From Neocallimastix sp. 'constans' (lineage: Eukaryota), in NCBI GenBank assembly GCA_050613775.1, contig JBODTK010000130.1:186001-250000 (forward strand): a DNA stretch of 64,000 nucleotides, read 5' to 3'. The translations under genes and the position numbers were made by a program. Each line of letters starts with the position of its first letter. Position 1 is the first letter of the stretch. Below are positions 14,341-28,700 of the stretch, one piece after another. The notes beneath the pieces were generated by a model. It saw nothing but the letters and a program-made list of their open reading frames with translations, was not told the origin of the DNA and made no database searches.

Positions 14341-14574
14341 AGTTTACTTTAATAAAAATAAATTAAATATGAATTAAATAAATATAAATGTAATATAAAA
14401 TAGTTAAATTTAATTATAACATTAAATTAAATATTAAGTTTAGAATCAAGTCACAAAAGATATAAATACATACATGTAAAATAGTTAAGTTAAACATTTG
14501 TAATTACCTATTTATATAATCTTATTAATAAATAAATAAAATTAATAATTAATTAAATAATAAAACAAACTTTT

Positions 14575-14577
<3 letters not shown>

Positions 14578-14659
<82 letters not shown>

Positions 14660-14660
14660 G
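14578..14660. repeat. (TAA)n microsatellite
   Basis: Uninterrupted aataat run. Confidence 0.95.
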
Positions 14661-15289
14661 TTATAATAACAATAAAGATTTTATGAAATAAATAATAATA
14701 TGCTAAAAAAAAAAAAGACCATAGACGATTATTAATAAATAATAAATAATAATATGTTAAAAAAAAAAAAAAAAAAAAAAAAGACATAAAGACTATTATT
14801 AATAAATAATAAATAATATACAATAAAATGTAATTAATAAATATAATTGAATTATTATATTATATATTAATTTATAATAATAGTTTTTAACAATTGAAAA
14901 AATTAAAAGTTGGATATTCATTTTATTGATTAATTTACTAAACTTTTTTAACCTATAGAAAAGAACTAAAATAAATATAAAAATATAAAAAAAAAAAATA
15001 AATAACTGTAATGATAATAATGATAATAATAATAATAATAAAGATTATATGAAATTAATAATGATATTTAAAGAAAAAAAGACCTAAAATTAATATTAAT
15101 AAATAATAGATAATATACAATAAAGTGTAATTAATAAATATAATAATAATTAATATTTGAAATATTTATATTTATTCTTAATAAAAAATTAGTGCTAATT
15201 ATACAATTATTTTAATTAGAAAGATAAAATATTTATTTATTTATTATTTATTATTTATTTATTTATTTATTATTATTTATTTATTAATT

Positions 15290-15485
15290 ATTTATTATTA
15301 TTTATTATTTATTATTTATTATTTATTATTTATTATTTATTATTTATTATTTATTATTTATTATTTATTATTTATTATTTATTATTTATTATTTATTATT
15401 TATTATTTATTATTTATTATTTATTATTTATTATTTATTATTTATTATTTATTATTTATTATTTATTATTTATTATTTATTATTT
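15290..15485. repeat. (TTTATTA)n 7-bp minisatellite
   Basis: Perfect tandem tttatta run. Confidence 0.9.
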
Positions 15486-15793
15486 AATATTTCTTAATTA
15501 TTTATTTAAAAATATTATATAATAAAATATTTTATAATAAAATATTTAAAGACTTTACTTATTTCAAAAATAATTTTTATTATTTATTTAATTATTTATT
15601 CATTGGTTAAAAAAATTATATTATGTGGCAATTAATTAAAAATTTTTAAATGATACACATTCATTAATTTATAACAATAATTTTTAACAATTGAAAAATT
15701 AAAAGTTGGATATTCATTTTATTGATTAATTTCTTATCTTTTAGCCTATAGAAAAGAACTAAAATAAATATAAAAATGTAAAAAAAAAATAAC

Positions 15794-15945
<152 letters not shown>

Positions 15946-16723
15946 TAAAGATTATATGAAATTAATAATAATATTTAAAAAAAAAAAAAAAAGACGTAAA
16001 CTTAATATTAATAAATAATAGATAATATACAATAAAGTGTAATTAATAAATATAATTGAAATATTTTATAATATATTAATTTATAATAATAATTTTTGAC
16101 AATTGAAAAAATTAAAAGTTGGATATTCATTTTATTGATTAATTTACTAAACTTTTTTAACCTATAGAAAAGAACTAAAATAAATATAAAAATATAAAAA
16201 AAAAAAATAAATAATAACTATAATAATAATAATGATAATAATAATAATAATAAAAATAAAGATTATATGAAATTAATAATAATATTTAAAGAAAAAAAGA
16301 CGTAAAACTAATACTAATAAATAATAGATAATATTCAATAAAGTGTAATTAATAAATATAATTGAATTATTCTATTATATTAATAATTTTTAACAGTTGA
16401 AAAAATTAAAAATTGGACATTTATTTTATTGATTAATTTGCTAAACGTCTTTTAATAGAAAAGAACTAAAACAAATATAAAAATATAAAAAAATAAAAGA
16501 AAGTATTTTTATATATTTTTATATATTATTTCTATTTCAATATATATTTATATATATATTTACAAATTTTACTTCTATTTATTTAATTAATCGATTATTA
16601 ATATACTATAATTAAAAATCTCCAAATAATTTAGATAACAAAAAAAAAAAAATATATATATATATTCAATAAAATTCCATAGCAATATTTTTTTAAATAA
16701 TAATTAAAATATTTTAGGAAATA

Positions 16724-19700
16724 ATGAAAAGTAAAGGAATGAAAAAAGAAAAAGTAAAAAAAGATAGTGAATTAATGAAAAGAGAATTAGAGCAAGAAAG
16801 AAAGGAAAAAGAAAATAAAGAAAATGGCAATGAATTAATGAAAGAAGAATTGAAAGAAGAAGGAATAAAAGAAGGAAAAAAAGAAAAAGAAAGAAAAGAA
16901 CAAAAGAATTATATAGTAGAAAAATATAATAATAAAAGAGATGATAATGATACATATTCATCATCAACTGAAGAATTAAATCAAAAAATAAATCAAAATG
17001 AGCAGGATAATTCAGGAGTAAAAATGAATAATATAGATGAGAAAGTACTCATTCATCTTAAAGATGATCAAGATTTCTGTGAAGAAAGTGTTGATATTAC
17101 AAAAATTATAAATGAAATAAATGAGCATAATGAAAATTTAGACACAATCAATATAAAAGATTCTTCAAAAAGAATAAAGAAGTTTATTTTTACTCCAGAA
17201 GCATTACAAAGATTGACCTTGATCTATAATTATTTAAAGGATGGCGTTCCTGTTCTTCTTGAAGGACCTACTGGAACTTCAAAGACCTTATCAGTTGAAA
17301 TAGTTTGTGAATTATTCAATTATCCATTAATTCGATTTAATCTTAGTTCTGAAACAAAAGCAACTGATCTTTTAGGTAGATATGTTGGTGATCAAAATTC
17401 ATGGGCTGGTATTCGTCTGCAAATGGGACAATTTATTGATGCATTTGAAAATGGAAAAGTTCTTCTCCTTGATGAAATAAATTTAGCTAGCCAAGAATGC
17501 CTTCAATTTATTGAAGAAGCACTAGATAGCGGTGAAATAAGTACAGAATTACCAGGTAAACCACTTTTAAGAATAAAAATGCACCCTAATTTCAGGCTAA
17601 TTGCTACCCAAAATCCAAATAAAGGTTTATTTGCTCATAAACGTAAAGATTTAGGTCAAAAATTTATATCGAGATTTCAAGTAATTAATTTCCCAGAATT
17701 TTCTAAGGAAGAATTAAGAAAAATTGCCCTAGGACTTGCTGAACAGTTTCATCTTGAAGGAGAAGAAGGTCTAATCAATGATTTGGTATCATTTCATATT
17801 GAATGGTCTAATTTGCCTGAAATTGCAGAAGATATACAGTGCTTTACAGTAAGAGAAATTGCAGCTACAGTTCGTGCCATAGCAAATGGAAATAATCCAC
17901 TTGATACTGTTTTAACAATATATGGAGCTCGATATACTAAAGATAAAAGAGAAAAATTAATGAATTTACTGAAAGAATATTCCAGTTTTAACACATTAAA
18001 GAAAGAAGAATTTGAATATCCGAAATCATTTCCTAAATGTTTTCATAATAATCATCTTTCGGAGGCATTAAAATCGATATTCTTTTCATTTAAGAATAAT
18101 AGACATGTTATACTGGCTGGAGCTGAAGGAACAGGAATTACCCAAATTGCAAGATGGATATCACAGTATTATGATCAGGAAAATGAAGAAAATGAGGATA
18201 GCAGTTCACAGTATTTTTGTGTATGTACTGAAGAAATAAAGTGTGCCGATTTAATTGGTCGTCAGAAACCATCTGATGGAATTAACAGTAATACGCAAGA
18301 ATTATTAAAGTGGCAATCCGGGTTTCTTTCAGAAGCCATTGAAAAAGGAAAATGTACTGTGCTTGATAGCATTGATGAGGCTCCATCAACTGTTACGGAA
18401 AGATTAAATGCACTTCTTGATCAAAAGTATGATGAAAAACAAAAATATTTCGAAATTCCTGAAAATCCCAATCAATCGCGTATAGCTATTCATTCAAAAT
18501 TTAGGTTATTATGTACATGTCATATAGAAAAATTAAATTATATGTCACCAGCATTTATCAATAGATTTGATGTAATTGTTCTTGAAAATCAATTAGAAAA
18601 CATTAGAAAAGAAGAAATGATTTCCTTAATATCACTTTTAATGAATTATAAATATACCAGTAATCAAGTACAAAAGTCAGATTCTGAGGTTTTTTCTGAC
18701 GTAGATTCTGATGAGGAAAGTTATTATTATTCTTTCTTAAAGGATGATCCTGAATCTGATGATGAACCAATTTCAAATAATAATGAAATAGATTATGCTC
18801 CTGATGGTGAACCAATTTCAAATAATAATGAAATAGATTATGTTCCTGATAATGAAATTATAGAATTAATTACAAAAGAAGTAAATGATTCAATGACAAT
18901 GCTTCAACTTTCTCAATTTTGTAAAGCAGTAGCTATATATTCTCTATTTTTCCCTTCGTCAGTTAGCAAGTCAAAAATTATTGATTTAACTAAGCAAATA
19001 CTAAAGAAAGATCCTAATGAAAAGGATTTTGAACTAGATGATGAAATCAAGAATTACTTAATTAATGATCTTAATTCAAGTCAAAATATTTTAAATGATA
19101 ATGATGATGATGATGATCAATTTTTCTTTTTAAATTCAGAATTATTACAACAATTTATAGCCAAGTTATATGCAGCTTCTTTAATTCATTTGCCAGTATG
19201 CGTATATGGTCCAACAGGAGTAGGAAAAACATCAGCTGCTAGAGCATTTGCAAAAATCAGACCTCTTTCCTATAAATCAAATACTAAATATAAAATGCAT
19301 TCTTTTCATTCTGGAACAAAATCAAACAATTTTTATGGTACAACAACCATTAAGGATGGAAAAATAATATATATAAATGGAACATTAACAGATTCTCTGA
19401 GAAAAGGATATACGTTTATTGCTGATGAAATGAATCTCTCATCAATAACAACAATGAAGGCTTTAGCCCCTGCTTTAGATCCATCTGTCGGTAATAATAT
19501 TTTTGTTCCTGGTATTGGTGAAACAATTGAAGTTAATTCAAGTTTTTTCTTTATTGCATGTCAGAATGAACTTGGAACTATTGGAAGAAATGCTGTTCCT
19601 TCTTCGATTGCTTCAAGATTTAGATATTTCAATTATCCAAAACAAACTGAAGAAGATCTCTCTTCTATTTGTAAAGATATTTGTAATAGCATTTACAAAA

Positions 19701-22700
19701 ATGGAAAAAAACCAAGCTTTAAGCCAAATGATGCAGAATTATTAGGAAAATTTATGATTGAATTAAATAATTCCAATCAGCGTTGTATTCCACAATGGTC
19801 TCTACGAGATATTACAAAGATTTTTAAGCGAGCATTTCAACAAGATGAACGTCGCAATGAATATCTTAATATCACATTATATCACAATATTTTATTTTAT
19901 TCTTTATCTTCTGTAAATCAAGAAGATTGTAAATCATGTTTACCATTCATATGTGATTTAATCGGAAAAATATTTTTCAATGACAGTTCGGAATTTTTAA
20001 CTCAGAGAGACGAATTAAATAAATGTTTCAATATTTCACCTGAAATTCAGAAACGAAATAATGGAACTTATTTAATGAAAGGAGAATGTGGAATTTTATT
20101 TGAGTTCGATCCAAAAATTAGATATACAAATTCATTATTAAATTCAATGTTTCAAATTCTTCTTACTGAAGATACGGAACCAGTTCTATTAATGGGTCCA
20201 TCAGGTTTTAAGACATTTCTTTCACAGCAATTTTTAAGAGAGGCTAAAGTTATTACCTTAAATCAAGAATCTACAATTGCCCAATTATTAGGCTCATCAT
20301 CATTTTTAACTGATATTGAAGCTAAATTATTTTATATTGAAATAATTTGTAAGATATGCCACATATATAACAGTTTTCCAAAATTCAGTCAAAAATTAAT
20401 GAATAATACTCTTTCTAAAAATGATATATTGAACGAAACTAGTTTAGCAAAGGAATTTTTACCTAACTCATTTGGAGAAATAATAAATCATTTAATTGAT
20501 AAGTTATTTAATAACAGTATGAATAATAATAAGACATGTGTTATAGAGAATATAGCTTTGGAATTTAGGCCGGGATTATTATTATCGGCATTTTTGGAAG
20601 GAAGATCGTTAATTCTTAAGAACTTATCAAATCTTCCTACAATTGTTTTAGAAAGATTCAATGAACTATTTTCCGGAAAACATATTATTACATTAAATGA
20701 AGATATTCATAATACATTTACCACTTCTGATAATAAAGTATTAAATCAATCTAATCAAAACATTAGATTCTTTGCAACTTGTCCTTTAAATTCAGCTTCT
20801 AAACTTTCTGAAGCTGTTCTATCACGTTTTACTGTATTAAATATTTCTGGATATAAAAATGAAGAGCAACAAAAAGCTTTATTAAGTTATATTCAATTTA
20901 ATGATTTAAATGTTGATACTTCTAATATATCCATACTTTATAAATTGTCTGATGAATCTATAATATCGAAAATTGGAATACATCTTTCATTTTTACAAAT
21001 GATTAATATTTTGGAAATGACTGCAAGATTAAATGAAAACTCTGATCCTACACATAATCAATTTAATATGGGAATAATTATTTATAGAGTACTCAACGGT
21101 GTTCTCGAAAAAAGAATACATAGGCAAAATCTTCAAAGTATTATTATAGAAGCTGGAATATCAATTCCACCACAATTGGATGAAAAATTTATGGAGGAAC
21201 CTTTAATAGTAACTAATGAAAATGGCTATCGAGGAGTCAAGTCAAAGATTACTGGTTTATTCATAAAATCACCTAATGCAAAAGCTAAATTGTCAAATAC
21301 TGCATTCATTCCTACGTTTACAGAAATGGTTGATATCATTCATTTAGGAATTGTTATAAAGATACCTGTTATTCTTGAAGGTCCTCCTGGACAAGGTAAA
21401 CAAACAGCAATTAAGTATATAGCAGATTACTTAGGATTTAACATAATTAACATTATTATATCACGGTCTACAAAGGTTGATGATCTTTTAGGAAAACTAA
21501 CAATATCTCGGGACGAAAACAATAATATTCATGTTAATATTATTGAAACGAAGCTTGTAAAAGCGTTTAAATCGAATTCAGAAATGAATAATACAATTAT
21601 TGTATTCCATAATATTAATAATGCATCCCCTGCAGTTTTAGAAGTTCTTGCGTCCATATTTGACCATCATCAGCATGATATTCTACTTCCAGATGGAAAT
21701 ACAATATATAAAGGCAAGATGAATATCATTGGTATTTTTAATCCCAAAAATAATCCATCAAATAGAGATAAGTTGCCTAATTCCCTTATTTACTCATCAA
21801 TTTACCATATTGTAAATTCTCCAGAAGATTCTGATGTTTTTGATTTCATTATAACATTATTTTCAAAAACAAATTTAAAAGAAGATGCATTAGTAACATT
21901 TGATCATTATAAAATTACAAAACAATATGCTGCTGAAATTAATGCAACGCCTCTTACTTTAAATGATTTAATTAAATATATTTTGTTCAGAAGAGCAAGT
22001 TATGGATGTATTGATCGTTCACTGATATCACAAATGGTTTTTGCATATCGTTTTATTCAACAAGAGTCCATCCAATATATTTTATCCATGATGTCAATTG
22101 GAAAAATGTCATACAATCCACAATTTATTTTAAATCTTGAAAATCAAAAACTTTTAATTAAAATATCTGAAGAATCGAAAAAAGCCTTGGAGATTCCAAT
22201 TAATGATATTTCTAATGTCAATGAAATGAAAATTCAAGAAGCATTAGCATCCCTTACTATTCCTCAAAAGCATTGCATGACCTTTATGGCATGCTCTCTT
22301 CTAGCTAAGAGAACATGCATTCTTCAGGGAAACACTGCATCTGGAAAATCATTTTTAGTTCGATTATTTGCTCAAATGCTAGGTCAAAAACTTGTAGTTT
22401 ATCAAATGAATAGTGATACAGGAATGTCAATTTTAACAGGTCAATCAATTATTTCTGATTCTATTTCCTTTCAAGAAGATGCAAAAATTGACCATGCATA
22501 TTCTGAATTATGTATGATTCCATATTTCAGAGAATATTTAGAAAAAAATAATTTTAAAAGGGATAAAAAACATTTTTCCGCTCTTCTTCAAGAAATCCAA
22601 AAATATAATCAAAAAGAACTCTCACAAGAGCAAAAGAGATGTTTAAGCTCTGCACATCAGAAAATCATCCAAATTCTTTCACCTGCAAACAGATTTCATC

Positions 22701-25700
22701 ATGAAGAATCTGCTTTTATAAAAGCTATTAGAAATGGGGAATGGGTTTTGATTGATGGAATTGAATTAGCCCCTCCTGAAATTGCAGAAAAGATTTCATC
22801 TCTTTGTGGAGATGACCCAGAACTTGATCTGACAGAATGTGGGGAAGAATGTTACTTTACAAAGCGAAAAACTACTAAATCGCAACAAATTCATGATAAT
22901 TTCTTTCTTTTAATTACATATAATCCTTCATCACAGAATGAAATTAAAACTCTTGATTCTGATTTAATAAATAAATGCTGCTCATTTTCTCTTTCTGAAA
23001 TGGATTCCAAAGAGGAATATTCAGCACAAATATTGCTTGGTTCATTGGTAAATCAATCATACCCATCTAAATTTTCTATTGAAATTGCAGCTAGAATGGC
23101 CATGTTACACTCAAAAGCTAAGAAAAAAAGTCAATCAAATAAAGATTTATTTGCTGGTGATTTACAATTTACAGGTCGAACTTTGACATTTATTGAAAAA
23201 GAAATCAAATATCATACCAAAAACAGCAAATTAAATCTCAAACAAAGTAAAATTTGTAAACCAATTTGCAATTCGATTAATGCCTTTTATTGCAATTCTG
23301 TTATAGATTCGAATAAAAGAGAAGAATTTCGAAAAGACTTAATTGCTCAATTTTCTGAAACACCACCATTAGAACTTCTCAACAATATTGAATATCCGGG
23401 AATGAATCAAAAAGAAAAAAACAAGTCATTACTTTTGGAATTAAGGAACCTTCAACTTTATGTTTGTAATAAAATATCATATAATTTTAACTTCCTTGAA
23501 TTCACTAACTTATGTTTACATGTAAAAATTATGGATGTACCTTTTATTTTGAACCATCTTCAAGATACTAAAAACTTAATTAATGATAATACAAAGATGC
23601 AAAGACCTGACGATATTTTAATTTTAGAAAAAGAATATTCTCAAATTGGAATATTAGTTCAAATATTTCATAATATACAAGAAAATATAAAAAATGTTAA
23701 CCCTGAGTACTATAATACAGAATTAAAGGATAAAGATTTATTAATGATATCCGAACTTCAACAGCCAATAATGAGGTTGAATTTATTGCATGAATTAGAA
23801 GAACAGGGATTTTCATTTATCTTTCCAGGTATTCTTTACGATGAGCATTTCTTTGAAATAATGCAAATTATTAAAAATTTATCTGAAAATATTGAAGTTA
23901 TTAAGACTTTTTCTGACTTTATTTACAAATTAAAATTATATAAAGAACTTATTCCATATGTTGAAAGAATTTTTCCATATCATATTTTTCAAGATGGATC
24001 AAGTATTGTATTATCTAAATTAATAAAATTACTTAAAATTTTGAATGAAAAGCAAATTTCTTTCAATGTTGAAATTGATAATCAATCATATAAATTCGAA
24101 TATGATAAAATGTCTAATGTAGAAATTAACTATATATTTAATGAAAATGATCCTTTTCTTCTTTCGTATGGATCAATAGTTTCATTTTATATTAAAATAA
24201 ATAATAAAATTAGAAAAAAGCATTATTCATTTGATCATATTGATCCTAAGAAAGAAAGCATGATGGAAAAAACATTGACGATAATTTCTCTAACTAATTA
24301 TGTTATATCCACACCAAGTATTTTAGAAGCAAACTTTAAAGAGCAATATAAAGTTATTATAAAAGAATCTAAAACAAAATCATCACATAATACTGATTTT
24401 CCAATAACTGTAAAGAGCCAATTATCTTCTTTTTATAAATCTGATGTTCATGATCTAATTCTTATATCAAAGATTATAACAATGATATTTTTATTACCTA
24501 CTGAAAAATTACAAATAATTTCTTTCTTTATACATAAACTTGAAGCATATGTTCTTTTTATTGTTCATTTGGTTTTTTCGTCTCTAATTCCTGATAATGT
24601 TCAGAATGTTCATGACTTTTTAAATTGGATGGCATCTGGAATAAAACCTTTAGGAGATGAAAACAGTATTCTATGGCGAATTATGAATAATTCATTTCGA
24701 GTACCACTAAATTATGAAATTATTAATTTAAAAGGTTTAATTCAAGAAATTAATCAGGAAATTAAATATTTAGAATCATCCCCAATTGATAATCAAGAAA
24801 AATGGCCTACCGAATTATTTATTGAAGATTTGAATAATCAAAAAAGTTCAATCAAAAAATTGATAGATGAAAAAAATGCTTCAAAAGAAGATCTCGATAT
24901 TAAGAATAATATTCAAGATCTTATTCGAAGAATTGATTCAACCGAAATTAAGAAAGATAAACATAAATCTATACGAAAACAGATAATTACACAATTAAAA
25001 TATATTTCACAAAATACTCTTAATCAGAATGATTACCAAAACTGTGTAAACATGGTTCAACAATTCTTCTATTTTATAAAAGAAAATGATTCTGAGTTCA
25101 ATAAAAAAAATATTTTGTGGCCTGTTTTTCAATCTTCAGTTCTTCCAAATCAAAGCAATAATTTCAAAGATAAGGAATTATTTTTAGATATAATATGGTT
25201 TTCAAAAGCTAAGGCTCTTTTGGATACAATATCAAAAAGTTCTTTAAAGACAGTATATTCAGATGTAATGAAACTATCTGAATTTCCAGAATTGAATTCA
25301 ATGGTTCAATTTTTATTTAATCGCTTGAATAGTTCATCAAATTCAATACATACTGGATTATCTGTTGATGATATGTCTATAATGTATTCCACTCTTAATG
25401 CTCTTTTTATATATAAATCAAAAAAATACTCATTTAATTCATTTAATGATATTGTTTCCTTATTAAATGATCTATCCGAAAGAAAAGAAATAACAAATGA
25501 GAAAGAAATCGAATGGATTCATGAAATTGCAAACCAATTTTCCTCATCATTTGTTTTAACTCTTCCACGCTTAAAACCAAATGATTTATTCTATTTAATT
25601 ATTAATTATCAAGGAGAATTGAAAGAGCCATTAAATGGTCCATTAATATCTAAAACAGAAGCGTCAGAAATATGTAGAAGTTTACAAAGTCGATTATTCA

Positions 25701-28700
25701 ATGATTTTAAGGATATGAAAGAATGTTCAGATACAATTGCAAAAATAATATATAATAATATATATCGAACTACGAAAGCAGATGATTCGGATCACGAAGG
25801 ACTCAAAGATCTTTTGTCAACTTCATTTCAAACAATGGAAAATCCTAATAATAAGCAGCTCCTTCAAGCAGCCCTTAATATTCTTTCAATTGCTGATAAT
25901 CTTAATGATTTTAAAGATTATGAATTTAAATTTGATGATATTAAATTTATTAGGAATCAAAAATGGTTACAAAATAAAGAATATATCAATAGATATCCAT
26001 CATTGGTATTTTGGTTATGTAAAAATCAAAAATGTATGAAGCAACTTCAATATATTTATGAAAAATCAAAATTATCGACTCATGAATTACCATTTTGGAT
26101 TTTTGTGTTAAGAATTATGTCAGCTAAGAATTGTATTAGTTTTGATAGTAAACCAACTACAGAAACAGGAAAATTAATTAAGCAACTCGTAACAGATAAT
26201 ATAAAGAAAATTATCAATAAATCATCTTCAATAGGTACAGAATGGTTAAGTTTAATTTTATCTAATGTTCCTGCAGAAATTACTGATGCATGTAACAAGA
26301 TATTTTATCAATTTTTTACATATCTCTCTGAAGACGATTATAATAATAATGAAATAATTAATAAGATTAAATATGAAAGCATTAAAAATTTCATTAAAAA
26401 TATTTGTGATATGTCAGTTAAGGGAACATTACAATGTATTTTAAAAGAACCAATAAAATCATGTAATGAAGATACATCATCATTTATAAAAGATCCAGAA
26501 AATTTTATTAAAGAAAGAGTATTAGATTATAGAAATAAAATGCTTCAGGAAGTTACTAACTCTAATGAATTTAAAATTTTATCTGATAATTTTAATAAAT
26601 TAAGACCCGAAATTGACAAAAAAATTGAATTCTTGGAACAATCAATTAATGAAGAAACAGAAAGTCGAAAAAAATGTTTTAAACAAGAACAAGAAAAAAA
26701 ATACAACAAGGATTTTGGAGTTTATAAAAAAAAACTCCATAAATCAGTAAAAGAATATAATGATTTATTCTATGAGATTTCTGAGATTATAAGGAAAGGA
26801 GAAGAATATTTGAATTTTTACAATTATAATAAAAAGATATTAGAACTTTTGGAAAAAGGAGAAAATTTAATTGAAATAGAAGAAGATCAATCAAAAACAT
26901 CTTTGGATGTTACAATGCTTATCTTTTCTCCATTATTTCCATTTTATTCACCAAAATATATTAAAATATATGATAAACGGAATATTAAAAAATTACAACA
27001 AATTCAATTTAAAAGACAAAATTTCATTCAGGAAAAACAAATATTTTATTTTCCAACAAAATATTATTCAAATTATAAATTTTTAGTATATAATAATGAT
27101 CCTAAAAACACACAAAATATAAAAATATATCCTTTGAAAACCAATACCGATTATCGAAATCAATTTGAAATTAAATATAAATTATATACAAAAATATCAG
27201 CTCCATCCTTGATTTTTGGTAAAGATTATAATCAGAAAGACTCAAAAAGCTTTATTAATATGTTACAACAATTTAATAAAAAAATAGACACATTCATTCA
27301 TGAAATACAAAAAGAATTTTCGACAGGAGATATAAATGATCAATCATTTAAAAAACCAGAATATATTATTGAATATATAAAAAATATTCAAAATTATTTT
27401 AATGTAAAGTATACTGATGGTAAAGAATCAGAAATTCAAAATTTATTAAATAACTTAATATATGATCTTAATCAAATTCTTAAGGATATCAAGTCTTTTC
27501 AATTTTTCTTTATTGAAAAAAATATTAAAAATGATTGGATTAATTCTTCTCAGTTTAATTTTATTTTTAATAGTATTCACCATTATTCATTACCTTTTCC
27601 TTCAGATAAACCGGAAATAGGAAAGATTAATTTATTAAATATTAAAAATATTGAATATCTTTCATCTCCAATTTTGAGTATTGATAAAAATTCTATATCA
27701 TGCTGTTATAATGCCTTAAATATTACAATTGGTCCAATAATTCCAATTCTTTATTCTAAAAAAACTACAATGAATTTTATATCATTTATTGATAATCCTG
27801 TAACTGTTGATATCGAAAATGTCACAAGTAAAGATGGACATGATTATTCTAGATGGTTTACAGCAAAACATACTTTTACTTCAGGTGAGATTATTCAAAT
27901 ATTCATTTCCCTTCCACCACCAGTTAACAAAAATATAGAAAATATCGAAGTATCTCTAAATCTTAAAATTCAATCACCACCTTACAAAGAATTAAATATT
28001 CCATGTACATTTTTTATTACACTTCTTCCATTATCGATATTTCTTTCATGTAAAGAATATTCATTATCGTATCATGATGATTCATTTAATCTCTGTACAC
28101 AATATCTGATGTCAAATTCAGATTTATCACTAAAAATCCAAAATTACAATCATAAAGATGCTGTCAGTTATGCATATCAAATAGAAAGTTGTGATGATAA
28201 TGAATCTCCAAAACCAGATGTTAACAAATCAAAAAATGGTTTATCAATTCATATTCCATCTTTGTCTAATAAAATTCAAAGACTTCATTTTAATCTTCAT
28301 TTGCAGTTTTCTGAGAGATTTTCAACTGAAGTAAGGGTTAATGCAGCTATTATTCCGTTCGATTATTCCTTTTATATTTATGATTTCACTAAAAAGAAGT
28401 ATATTTCTAACAATTTAACTATTTTCTTTTCAAATGATTTAGTTGAAAAGTCCATTCCATTACACTGCATACTTTATATACCATCATTTATTAACCAACT
28501 CGACTGTGATGCAATTATACAAAAAAAGATATCATGTGGTGAAATTGAAAATTATTCCTATTACCAAAAGTTCCCTGCAAAAAGCAAAAAATTCACACTT
28601 ATGTTAAAAATACATCCAAATCTCAAAAATTATGAATATAATGAATATAATTCTATTTCACTTCAAATTAAAGGAATTGAAAAGAAAATTCAAATAAGAT

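Noticed and set aside
14542..14823. Poly-Ile ORF on the minus strand (and similar ORFs at 39927, 40142, 42199, 50395, 54629, 60495)
   Set aside because: Translations of (TAA)n or poly-T tracts, mostly intronic or intergenic.
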